Part shown: one piece after another, positions 52,360 through 64,000 of the stretch
Numbering within the stretch: position 1 is the stretch's first letter
How the letters are laid out: every line of letters starts with the position of its first letter
From: Tubiluchus corallicola
Lineage: Eukaryota > Animalia > Priapulida
Direction of reading: 5' to 3'
Length of the DNA: 64,000 nt
Assembly (NCBI GenBank): GCA_030141605.1
Contig: JAQGDQ010000180.1
Coordinates: forward strand, 124,001 to 188,000
Made by a program: the position numbers and the translations under genes
Notes under the pieces: model-generated
Databases searched by the model: none
Seen by the model: only the letters and a program-made list of their open reading frames with translations
Told to the model about the DNA's origin: nothing

Positions 52360-53209
52360 CATAAAAGCATCAAATTTTACAGATGAATTATGTATATAGA
52401 TGATAATTATCTACAGTTACTTAACAGACAACTTTACATCACTATTTAATCTGCTGTGTTAACTCACTGCTCAAATTAACCTATTTTATTGCCAAATAAA
52501 CGGCAGCAGACTTGATGACTTTTTAGTCAATTTCCTACCCTATCTTGTTGAGTTTATATTTACTTTATTAACACATTTATTACTTTAATTTTGTTTGTAT
52601 ACATTCATACCGCCGTTGTCAGACGTTTCCATACTCGTACAAATCGGTTTTCGACCAGAAAATCGAGCAGAAATTGTCTCCGAAATTGTGACCAGAATTT
52701 CGGTACCCAACCAACCGCCAAACACATGACGAATGCATGCGCGGCGAGCCGAGCATAACTGACCGCGCCCGAGAGTAGTCACACACAATATTTGAATCAC
52801 CTAACATTGCTAAGTGCTTTCTACGCTTATTTTTCTTCGCTTTTTCATGCAGGAACAATTATGCTTTTATTTCAAAGTAATTCTATTATATTTTTCTTAT
52901 TGTATTATCACATCTACTGTTTGAATAAACATTTTTGCATTATTATATTTCGTTTTAGTGATACCTTACAGTTCATTTGGTGCTTGAGAACGGATTATTT
53001 GCTTTTACATTATTTCTTGTAAAATGATTCAGTTCTCAACCAAATCGGTTTTCAAACACGTTTTAGGAATGAATTATGGTCGAAAACAGAGTTACTACTC
53101 TATTTTTATTACATGTATATGTTTCTGAAATGCTATAAAAAATAAACTTGATTTGATTTTGACTTTGATCCCTAATTTAGTCCTAAATAAATAATCTTTT
53201 ATGTTTTAG

Positions 53210-55073
53210 GAAAAGAATGCGAGCAACTATATTGGAAAAATATAACATTACGGAAGAGGAAGCTACAGTAATAATTCCTAATAAGGAACCCATGTCCGTG
53301 ATGAAGATTTTCACTCATTCTGGTACAACTGTATTCGTTTATCAGTTAGCACAAAACCCAGTATTCTTTGAAGTGGAAAATAACATCTATCCCACAGTTT
53401 ATTTACTCTGGCTTTATCCGGAATTGTTACCCACATTTGAGACCTGGCCCCCAGTGCTGGAAAACCTGAGAAAAGGTGCAGATTTGATGCTACCTGGTGT
53501 GATTATAAATGGTGATGTTCAGCGTGCCCTGGCCAATGTGAAGAAAGGACAGATGTGTTCAGTGGTTTTAAAAGGCAACAAAGCACCAGTTGGGGTTGGC
53601 AAAGCAGCTTTGTCTGGTGAGGACATGTACATGAGTGCAATGCGGGGTAAAGGGGTTATTATTTTACACACGTTTGGTGATCATTTATGGGCTGTTGGAG
53701 ATAAGTCCCAAATACCTTTAATATCTGTGCAGGAGGTCATTGAGGATGCCGAAACAGGCAATGAAATGAGTAGTGATCGTGAAAAGTCAAAAGACGACTG
53801 CATTGATGAGTTGAAGGAAGATGAACCTGCTTCCAGTTTGGATAACTATAGTGTGTCAGATGAACTGGAGAAATGTGTGTTGTTGTCAGATGTTGCACAT
53901 GTTAATGTTGAACCTAGTGGAAGTGATGTGTTTAATAAAAATGAGGACTCAAACATCGTGCCTTTACAAACTGATGGTGCTAGTCAGCATAATTCTGAAG
54001 AAACTGGCTTGAGCGAAAATGTGAAGAACGTCAATTTAAAAGAGTCCGAGACAGCATGTGAACCAACTGTTGTGAGCGTTGGAATTGAAGAAGAGAATAA
54101 TACGGGTGATCAAACTCCTGCAGAGAAAATGGATGCCCTTCTCTATGGTTGCTTTTGCACTGCACTGAAGACTTCTGCAAAAAAAATCGAGCTTCCATTG
54201 CTCACAAGTACATTCTACAGCGCACATATGATACCTTGCTGCCCAGTTGGAGAAAAACTCGATATAAAGAAGTCTAGTCACAAAAAATTGTCAGTTTTCT
54301 TACATGCAATGGAGAAGCAAGGGTTCATAACCCTGAAAGAGATGACGAGGGGTGTGGAAAGTGTGACTAAAATTAATAGAGCTCATCCAGAATTGAAGGC
54401 ATTTTGTGTAGATGAAGCTACACTACCAGTAGAATCACCGCCCGAAACAAAGACTTTTACACCGCCTGAAATTACAGAACTTTTGGCAGTAAACGCTGCA
54501 GTTCTGCCATTGTTTAGTTTGTACGGGTATAAAAAACACGACACATTGTTACCTCGGACTATAAGAGAATTATTAACACAGTATGTCAAAACTAACGAAC
54601 TTCAAAACACCGAAGAGCCAAATCTCGTCATGATAGATCCCCTGTTAGCCGATGTTGTACTTAGTAAAAACGAGGCTGACACGCATTTGAAATGGGACAC
54701 GCTAATGAAAAGAGTTCAAGACAAAATGCAATCGGCTTACGAAGTAAAAGCAGTTGGAGAGCCGCCTGTTGTCAAGAAAGGAAAACTTCAACCCATTCAA
54801 CTAAGTGTTGCTACGAGAGCTGGTAACAAAAAAGTGACTTTAATTCAGAATATTGAAACTTACGGAATCGACCCTGAAGAATTCGCTCATCGAGTTCAGT
54901 TGGCAGTTGCTTGCAGTACTTCTGTGAGTGAATTACCAGGTAAAACTGGGGGATCTCAGGTACTGGTTCAAGGTAATCAAATCAAGTTTATCGGCAACTT
55001 GCTTACAAGTACCTATAAGCTAAATAAAAAACATTTGGCTGGAATGGAACACGCAGTGAAGAAAAAGAAATAG
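53210..55073 (+). CDS. EIF2D: eIF2D (ligatin) coding exon 2: PUA region, acidic linker, SWIB-like region, C-terminal SUI1 domain; full protein 639 aa
   Basis: Motifs YPTVYLLWLYPELLP, GADLMLPG, LDIKKSSHKKLSVFL, RAGNKKVTLI and VLVQGNQ. Acceptor AG at 53208-53209; stop TAG ends at 55073. Confidence 0.96.
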
Positions 55074-55367
55074 AGAACTTTTGATTTCATGCAGTTTTTT
55101 GTTTCTAACTTTATTATAGCATTCATAGTACAGTAAGCGCCACTTAATAGACACACGTTAATAGACTCAATCACTTAATTGTATCAAAAACACTGGTACA
55201 TTCTATTCAAATGTTTGTTGTTTCTGGAAGGTAAACAGTTAATCACTTGACCAGCGGTTTACTTTTGAAGTTCCTGCTGCTTTTCACAGGGAAAACAAGA
55301 TCATCACCAACTGCAGTTCAAGTGCTAGGTGACCAGGTGTTTTGAATGAATGTGTTTCAGCTGTTTG

Positions 55368-55373
55368 AATAAA
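55368..55373 (+). terminator. Candidate eIF2D polyadenylation signal (a second AATAAA lies at ~55454)
   Basis: First AATAAA about 300 nt after the stop codon. Confidence 0.35.
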
Positions 55374-55814
55374 CAAAGAACTACTCAAAATCATCATCAG
55401 TTATTTAGTATTAATCTTTAATAAGTAAATATCAATAACATCATTTACAATGCAATAAAAGAAAATAATATTCAAGAATTATATACAAGTAGTATTTATA
55501 TTGCACAGTCAATCCTCACTGTACTTGGGTTTATCATAATGTCTGTCTGCTACAAATTATTTAAATCACACTCATTTCAATCATAAAAAACTTCAATGAC
55601 TTGTACATGAAAAATGCTATTATTTATAGCAGCAATAATATTCCTTTTAAAGGGAAAGGTAAAGTTCCAAATTTTAATAATTAAAAATGATGACAAACAG
55701 CACAATACGTATGCATAAAGTCTTACTAAAAATGTAAATGATAATTATAATTCTCCTGCCAAACAAATCGGGCTGCACACTGTACGTTTTGAAAATTATG
55801 ATGTAACCTGCTTA

Positions 55815-56273
55815 TAGTCAACCTCGGGTATAAGGTACTCGCTTATAAGGGACGTTTGCTTATAAGGGACCACCAACACTGGTCCCGATTTTTCGTAATG
55901 TTTTTCCTATGTAAAAATCTTCGTATATAAGGGACTTTCTGTTATAATGGACAATATATTCAGGTCCTGTGTAATAGAAACCCAGGTAAATTACATCGCA
56001 TATAAAGGAGCCTATGATCAAAGGGAAATAGATCGATTTTTAACTTCAATTTTTCACAAACTCGGCCTCCGAACAGCTCGGTTTCCCCGGTCACATACAT
56101 CTCGCATCTCTGAAGGAGCTTCCTACATACCGTTTGTACAGAAGTACAGAAAAGTACAGGTCTAGATACACCCTTACACCCTGGGTCTGACTCAACTTCG
56201 GCTATAAGGGACATCGGATATAAAGGACGTTTTTTTCCGGTCCGGAGGTGTCCCTTATATCCGAGGTTAACTG
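55815..56273 (+). mobile_element. Second copy of the CAGTCAACCTCGG MITE, downstream of eIF2D
   Basis: Colinear with 51877-52359. Confidence 0.85.
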
Positions 56274-56797
56274 TGGCACTATCAAAGCCATGGCCAATTG
56301 AGCTCATGCACAATTTTAACTTTTTTTGCAAAATTTTCATACACTTTTATGACAATGACTGTGCGCTGCTTTTCTATACGATGTCATTATTAATTTTGTT
56401 CAAAATTTGTGTGCCTAGATTTGAATAAAAGATTGCAACTTTAATGTGATTTTGCACGAAATCTTGTCGCGATTTTATCGCGAAAACTTTGTAACGTTTT
56501 TCTGGAAAATTAAAATAACCTTAACATTCTGGGAACCTTTAACGTTTCCTTTAAATATAAGTAATTTTTAGATGCTATTTGAAAAAGCCATCTAAAAATC
56601 AAAATGACAAAAGACAATGAAGCCCTCAAGGCAAATTCTACAGAATTTCAAGATGTAAACGCTATTTTAAGCAGTCTCTATGCAGCACCTTAAAATAAGA
56701 TGCTGCTTTAAAACACTAAGCAACACTCTTATTAACATCTCAGTTAATAGTGCTACCTCATACATGCATAGAAGGCGATTAATAGAAATGCACTACT

Positions 56798-57211
56798 CAG
56801 GGTTGCCACAGAATTTTAAAATAAAATTCCTTGACTTTTCTCTGACCAAATATTGATTTTCCATAACCAAGATAAGCAGAAATTGCATTACCAGTATGCA
56901 CATTTAAACATTTTTGTGTATGGACATTCATACATATACTGATATATACTGTGTCGGCCAATCATTATTTTTTGGAACAGAAATCAAAACTGGGAGTCCG
57001 TCATAGCAAAATTTCATTTGAACACGAATCGCCTAAAAACATGTTTGGAAAAAAATTGGTTCACGGTGATTATTTTTTCAACTCTCCAATTTCCCTGACT
57101 TTTTGCCCCATTTTCCCTGACTGTTTGCCAAATCATCTCTCCCCTGACTTTTCCATCACCGCCTGTATTTTCAAGGATTTTCCAGGATTTGCTCTGACCG
57201 TGGGAACCCTG
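56798..57211. mobile_element. hAT-like MITE
   Basis: CAGGGTTGCCAC...GTGGGAACCCTG termini and CCCTGAC subterminal repeats; TSD is not clean. Confidence 0.65.
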
Positions 57212-58773
57212 ACTACCATATTATAATCAAAGCACAGTCCGTATTATAATGCAAGGTTTAATACGATTACCATAGCATTTAAATTAATCTTTAATCGGCA
57301 GTACTCACTTATTCGTAAATACTTGGCACTAAAAATATACTTCAATAAACTAGCAAAACATCGGTGCTACAGCTACAAAGCAGACCAGTTCATTTCACAA
57401 ACAATCCAGCAAAGCACCTTTTTGGCTACTATATGGACTACATGTAACGGCAGAGAATGATATTCGTTTATGCGAATACAAAAATCACCGTAAAAAAAAC
57501 CGAAACACAAACAAACTAGTTGTAAATGTTGCACATGCGCACTAGCACAGCACTCCCAAAAATAATCTGAAGCAATATTTCTCAATATTCCTGAACAAGA
57601 CACTCTGGCGTATCAAGTCTTTACTCCCTAGGCTGATAGTTCTGTCCCGTCCATCTCTATTGTGAATTTATGGTTACTTATGTATAATGAGCAGATCGAA
57701 CAATTACTTGTGGTGTATTAGAAACACTATTAAGCTAGTTTCTACATAGTCATTATTAATTACATGTATTTGCACAGCGCTTACAACTGCCGGATGTGTA
57801 ATACCTTGCACCTGTTCGTTATGTGGCACTTATATAAAAGCTGGGCTCACTAACTGCCTGTGGTGTGTTATAAAATGTGGCCTTTAGATGAATATAAAAG
57901 TATACACATTTTCCGAGAAGAATAAGAAAACGTGACACCGCTCAAACATTAGTACCCTAGACTATAGCCTAGTTAGCCTATTGGTTAATATGCCCCTGAA
58001 GATACTGTAACACTTCTATGTGCATGAAACTTTACAATTTGTATCCACCATAGACAACAATACAAACGTAATTATGTGTGTCAATACATTCATAAAAACC
58101 AGGCATCAGCACTTCTGTTGTGTCACTAATTAAAGCAGAAGAAAACACTTTATATCACCTTACATGCTGTCTTATTGCATACAGAGCTTGCGTTAGCAGT
58201 AATGTTGTATAAAACTTGAAAGTTTAAACTCTTGTAATGGCCCTCTTAGGCACAGCCATTTTAAAGGTAACATTTAAAACAAGTTTAAATAACATTGCTT
58301 AAAGTTTAAAAAAATAATCAGAGCATTTGTAGCTCACACGTCACTAAGTGAGCAAAAGTTTAAATTACTTTATATTGTCAATAAGATTAATAATGTATTT
58401 TTGGTGAATCAGTGATTCACACTGGGATGGCGATACAGTGCTGTTTTACCAAGTGGTGTGAATATTTAAAATTATTAAGACCTTTCTTCTCCAATTAAAT
58501 GCACATTTCAAACAGGTAAGCATAAAAGAAATTAATATAACTTTGTTTGGAAAATTCTTTGGGACATACCTTAAAATTTCCTTTTCTTACCTTTAAGATA
58601 AAAATCTGCAAATGCTCTAATGTACATTTATCGTGATGTAGCAACATTACATGTACATTTATCATGATGTAGCAACATTACATTACATCACATGTAGCAA
58701 CAACCATGTAATTCATGTAATCACGAGGTAGTGTAATCCATTTTCGTCTGGTGGAATGTTATCTCTGCAGCTG

Positions 58774-58978
58774 CTAAAAACTTATGGCTTTTAATGTTTG
58801 GTATATAGAATGCACTACTTTGGCCGCTGCCAGCAAAGCAACTGCTCCAAACGCGGCCATAAGGCAGGGCACGGTGTACATCAAGTACGGATGCTGTAGT
58901 ACAAGCAGCACGGTTGTCAGTTTACAGTTCTGCAAGGCGTACAGGAAGGAATGTGCCAGCGCAAAGCTCCCAAGTGAT
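58774..58978 (-). CDS. Probable terminal exon of an unidentified membrane-protein-like gene
   Basis: Strong acceptor gttttctttctttcag|A (phase 2), then 67 open codons SLGSFALAHSFLYAL...MAAFGAVALLAAAKVVHSIYQTLKAISF*. GC content is visibly above background. Confidence 0.72.
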
Positions 58979-59116
58979 CTGAAAGAAAGAAAACTTGCCA
59001 ACAAATATGCCTTTCACAGTTCCAGCCATTATTAATAATAGCTTTCTCTTATATTTTTTTGTTTTTTATGGATATTTTTTCTATAGTTACTTAATTTCAT
59101 CATAATTTTGTTCATA

Positions 59117-59467
59117 AATAAGCCTTTTCACAGTTCCAGCAATTGATGATGATCGCAAAAAGGTCAGAGGTTAAATTTACCAGACAACGCATTTGTGTAC
59201 ACTTGACAACGCCTCGCAGCCCATGCTATTGTAATAGTAACAACTTTAACAGCTAGCTAGAACCTTACCTAGTTCATTTTTTCTTGCTCCTAAGCAAGAT
59301 CCTGCTAGTAAATCACTCTTTGTACAGACTAATGCATAATTATGTAAAGTCCACGTAAAAAAACCGAGTTACTGAACTGATGCAGCAGATGGCTGTGCTG
59401 CGGTACACTTAACCTTTGACTTAAAGCAAATGCACGTGCGCACAACGAAACTATGAAAAGGCTTATT
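59117..59467. mobile_element. ~350-bp TIR MITE (AATAAGCCTTTTCA); copies at 16511-16867, 28356-28739 and 59593-59868
   Basis: AATAAGCCTTTTCACAGTT...AACTATGAAAAGGCTTATT; interiors are colinear. Confidence 0.8.
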
Positions 59468-60247
59468 CGTTTACGTTAACTGGAATAGCTTGGCGTTTAT
59501 GTGACAGAAAGTGAATAAACGTTGACATCAAACTTATCAGTAAAAATGAATGGTTTTACGACTACAAACTACAGTGTGAACTAAGACTCTCTGCACGCGC
59601 AGCTGATGTAGGTCAAAAGTTAAGTGTACCACAGCAACGTGTCTTAACCACAACCGGCATGTGACAGACATGTGTGTAAAGCAAAGCCATCTGCCACAGC
59701 ATTTCAATAACTTCAGTTGTTTTTCATGAGCTTTACTTTATTATGCGTAGAGTGGTTTACTAGCAGGATCTTGCTTGGGAACAAGAAAAAATGAACTAGG
59801 TGAGATTCTAGCTAGCTGTTAGAATTGTTACAATTACAACAGCATGGGCTGCGAGGCGTTGTCAAGTGATGGATTCAAAGTTTTTGTTCTAGTAAAATCT
59901 AAGCTGTGGTCAATTTGTCTGACGTAAATAGTCAAACCACTTTTGGATTTTTTATAGAAACAGGTGAAAGTTGGATGTGGGAACTACAGCATCAGAAAGA
60001 CAAACGTCAAAAAAAAACGACCGAAAAATTCTTTGTTGCCGTACATCTTTCTCACGTTTTCTTATTTCACACATTTAAACTTCTACCAGTTTCCCCTACT
60101 AACACTAAGGTGCATTGGTTATTTTCACGTTAGAATTTTGCTAGAATTTTTTTTTAGAATTTCTAGGTAAAAATTAAAAACAACATTTAAATGAAGACAG
60201 CGAGTCATGAATACAATGTTGTCTACATTTTCATGCTGTAAAAGTAC

Positions 60248-60368
60248 CTTAGGGTTGGACGATGCACAAGGATAATGAGACCAACTAAGTTAACACAGAG
60301 ACCAACGGTCAGTTTCAATATCAGCAAAGTGTGTTCAACTGCAAACATCATGTTTCCAGCTTTTGTTT
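60248..60368 (-). CDS. Probable penultimate exon of the same gene
   Basis: tttttgattttag|AAACA...CTAAG|gtactt, 121 nt, phase 1 to 2, encoding TKAGNMMFAVEHTLLILKLTVGLCVNLVGLIILVHRPTL(R). The phase matches the 58978 acceptor. Confidence 0.68.
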
Positions 60369-60635
60369 CTAAAATCAAAAACACACAAATTATTACCATG
60401 GCTAGACAGATAATGACACATACATTGAGTTTCTGCAAGTTGATCACACAAATTATTACCATGCATGGCTAGACAGATAATGACACATACTTTGCATGAC
60501 ATTGTGAGTTTCTGCAAGTTTATCAAAAATCAGTAATGCACATAGTAACATTTTTGAAAGACTGTTTATCTTATCTCTTACAAAATAAACGAAGTTTGAA
60601 CAAAAGGAACATGTCAGATAAACTTAATGTGCTTT

Positions 60636-61026
60636 CATTAACAGAGAAAAAACATAATGCTCTTTATAATCTCAAAGGTTACAACATTTATTCAGTAGCT
60701 TTCGCCCTAGCGGGCCTCGTTAGCAGAAAACAACAGGTAAAATATCAAAATAGCATGTACCAATGTGAATGTAATGTAACTTAAATTGCTTAATGTAACC
60801 CACCACAAACAATTCAATTTATGTGCTTCTCACTGTAACACACCACAGCCACTTATGTTTGCTCAGTGTTTATAAACTATTGCTTTGAATATGCAATGAA
60901 TATGTACATTGGTTATATAGCGTTTTAACATAGCATCCGTTGTTTTCAGCTGATGATGCCCGCTAGGATGAAAGCTACTGACTTTGAGATGATAAAGGGC
61001 TTTACGTTTTTCTCTGTTACTGATGA
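60636..61026. mobile_element. Fold-back Penelope-like remnant with paired minimal hammerhead motifs (60691-60728 minus, 60945-60981 plus)
   Basis: Inverted arms of ~90-100 bp. Arm consensus TTCAG-CTGAYGA-K-GCCC-GCTA-GGGC-GAAA-GC-TA-CTGAA. Confidence 0.75.
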
Positions 61027-64000
61027 CAACTCTCAGAACTGTCTCGTATTTCGAGTTTAATATGCTCCCTTTGATGCTTTGTTTAAATTTGCATTGAAAA
61101 CTTGGAATTTTGCCTCCGATACCACTTGACATGTCACAAACTTTACTCAGAATTTTAACCTTTAAACGACATTATTAATCTACGTAAGTTAATCAACCTT
61201 CGTCGTTGCCATGTCTTTTAGTGCTAGTTATATTTCAGAGACAATTGAATGAGAGTTCAAACCATAACTGAGGTAATGAACACAATTGACATTAAACTCT
61301 ATTCATGTGTTACTGTAATTATCAGTATAAACAGAAAAATGAAACCATCCATAAAATTGTCAAAATTTTGAATCGATTTTGCACTATTATGAGCATCATT
61401 TCCTTTTTTTATTGTTTATTTATTTCACATCAACACAAATACACAATTAATACATTAAAAGAAACAAAAAGTTTTCAATAATTCAATGAATAACAAACAG
61501 TAAGATACATAATAAGAAGCAAATTTTGGAAAAAATGATTTAAACTGTCTTTAGACGTAGGTCAACCTATGGTAAACAAAGATAGTGATATCGCTACTTC
61601 CTTTAATGCTGGTGTCTAAACAACGTTATGTACAGCATCATTACAAATATACTAACTTGACTCTCAAAACACTGTGGGGTTGAAGATAAACAAGAGAATT
61701 ATCGCTTTTTATGTTCTTAGTAAATTCGTATACAGTTTACTTTGAGCACATAACTAGTTTTGATATACCATAGTTTAGGTTTGCTATATATACAAATGTA
61801 AATGTGTTGCGGGCAATCAAAAAGCAGGGCTTGTTAGATTGTCCCACACCGTGAAAGAAAAAAAGTAATAAAACATATAAAAGGTATTTCAAAACATAGG
61901 ATAAATTTAACAATTCCATGTAGCCGTAATTTACGAAAGTAAAAAACGAAAACGGTAACGTTTGCGTTCTCAAACAAAAGACGTACCAGATTGCAAGTGA
62001 AGACCAGAAAAAAGACCCAACACAAGGTAAGAAGAATTAAATATACACCTATCTTGCCCAGCTACGTCAACAGCAATAGCGGATAAGTGTGATCCATTGA
62101 AACAGCAAGAAACCAGGCGGAAACGAGTATCACTTGACAACACAACATCCGAAGCAGCCCCTACGCCCACTAGAGATCCGTATAGACCTGTCACGTTCAC
62201 CCTAATGATTCACGATGGTTGATGTTTTGCTACAACATGGCAACGTTATCACAGAAGCATGGCGGCTAGCGTAACCCACCATGAAGCCACAACCCTACAG
62301 CTACTACTACTTGCTGGCTTCCCTACTCGGAAAGGCTTCACCAGAAAAAGCGCCAGTGGAGCGGATCCAGCAGTAGGGAGCTCGGAAAAAGAGGATCGTT
62401 TAATAGATTTTTAAACAACGTCACGATTTCTTATTAAGAAACAGAGTTATTTTTGACTACGGGGGAAAATAATTCCGCATAATATCAAAGATGCTAGTGA
62501 GAAGAAGATGACAAGAGATGGAGATGAAGAGAGAGGGTGGCGATCTTGTATAATTAGTTACTCTCGCAGCTGCTAACTTACAGGATGCTGACTGATTGGT
62601 GTCACTGCACTCGTAGAGCTTTTAATCGGAAAAAGATAAGACACATTATGAAACAGTAAAAGAGGGTTTTCCAAGAGGCGGCGGATGTTAAATAGAGCAA
62701 GTTATCCAGCTGTACAAATAACCCGACGTTTGACCTCTTTGTCTGGTAGTACCACATTCACATTTATTACAGACTTGTCTTAGAAAACTTACCAGCTTTG
62801 AACTTTTTGTCGCTTCTTGCTGGTCATTGCTCTTATCTGACACTCGATTGAAAAACTAATCAATTAGTCGACTAACCGACCGACTAAGTGGCGAACCAAC
62901 CCATCAGTGACGCACCAATTTCGCATACATTTAAAACACAACAACGTGGACAATTGCAAATATACAGTTAGATATTTATTTATTAGTGTCAAAAATACAT
63001 ACACTACATACAAAAAACAAGACGTACACACAACTTCAATTTTGAAATATAGTGACGCTGCAGATAAACAAAACAATTACTGATAAAACAAATATTATTA
63101 AATGTTCCTGTTAGTTATTTAAAAGAAAAGTTTAACGATTAGTATTTAAAATAAACAGTCATTCATTAGGCCTCATTTTCAACGATATGGCCATTACATA
63201 GTACATTGTTCACCATGTCTTAAAATGTTTTTTAACAAAATCAATAAATGCCTTAATTATTTCTAAATCATTACTTGCCAATTATACAGCTACAAGATAA
63301 TTATTTCGAACGTTCTTTCACGAACTTTGCAGTTGTGTGTGGAAAGGCACTAGTGAAAAAACAGCGTTCACATGGGTATCACATTTCCTAACTTTGTTGT
63401 AGTTAAAGCACAAGAAAACCCTCCACTTACATAAAGCTTAAAAAATTCGTCTCGAAATTTTATACCACTTACATACTACCTTTTCGTATGCATGGCTTGC
63501 ATCAGAGGTAACGCTGCGTCAAACGTGTAAATTTAAACTCCCGCGATGACCCAAAGGCGCAGCCATTTTAATGGTAGGTCGTTTGAAACAAGTTTTCATA
63601 ACATTGAGTAAAGTTTGAAAAAATAATTTGAGCATTCATGGCATACATGTTACTAATTAAGTAAATTTTTAAATTACTGTATCTTGTCAATAAGATTAAA
63701 AATAAGTTTTTGGTTAGTGAGTGGCGCACCCTGGAGGGTGAGTCAGCGACATGTTACTAATTGGCACAAAGATTTTAAATGATTAGTCTAGTTACACAAG
63801 CATTTCCAGCCAGCTAAGTAATATAGATTTGCACGGAAAGTTTTCTGGGTCATAATTTAACATTTCCTTTTCTTCACCTGATTTACGTGGCGTAGTGACG
63901 TCATGTAATGGCGCCGTCGGAACAGTATTGCGGGAGATTTAAAATGAAAACAAACGAAAATTCCTTTCAACACGAATATGATATGTGCATAAAATTGCTG

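Noticed and set aside
53217-53219. ORF-track ATG as the eIF2D start
   Set aside because: The conserved N-terminus is in exon 50319-50374 and splices in frame.
60381-60520. ~65-bp duplication (also a 30-bp duplication at 58620-58683)
   Set aside because: Ordinary local tandem duplications with no further structure.
62259-62414. Plus-strand 51-aa ORF MAASVTHHEATT...
   Set aside because: No recognisable homology or splice support.

Overview
AT-rich, repeat-dense animal (probably invertebrate bilaterian) nuclear DNA. It is not prokaryotic and contains no CRISPR array. Three spliced genes can be read. (1) An RBM24/RBM38/SUP-12 family RRM gene on the minus strand: exon 1 at 44115-44285, exon 2 at 18468-18594 across a 25.5-kb intron, and a candidate in-frame 30-nt microexon at 12245-12274; the last exons probably lie left of the window. 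(2) eIF2D/ligatin on the plus strand, with only two coding exons (50319-50374 and 53210-55073, 639 aa). (3) The 3' end of an unrecognised hydrophobic, membrane-protein-like gene on the minus strand (exons 60248-60368 and 58774-58978 splice in frame). The rest is MITEs (hAT, PIF/Harbinger, Tc1/mariner, TTAA-flanked), 3' LINE remnants, microsatellites and minisatellites that arose inside transposons. The most striking non-genic signal is three unrelated 0.4-0.55 kb fold-back elements. Each carries a pair of outward-facing minimal hammerhead ribozyme motifs (Penelope-like pLTR architecture) whose two arms have different lesions. All family calls come from reading the sequence and remembered consensus motifs; no searches were run.
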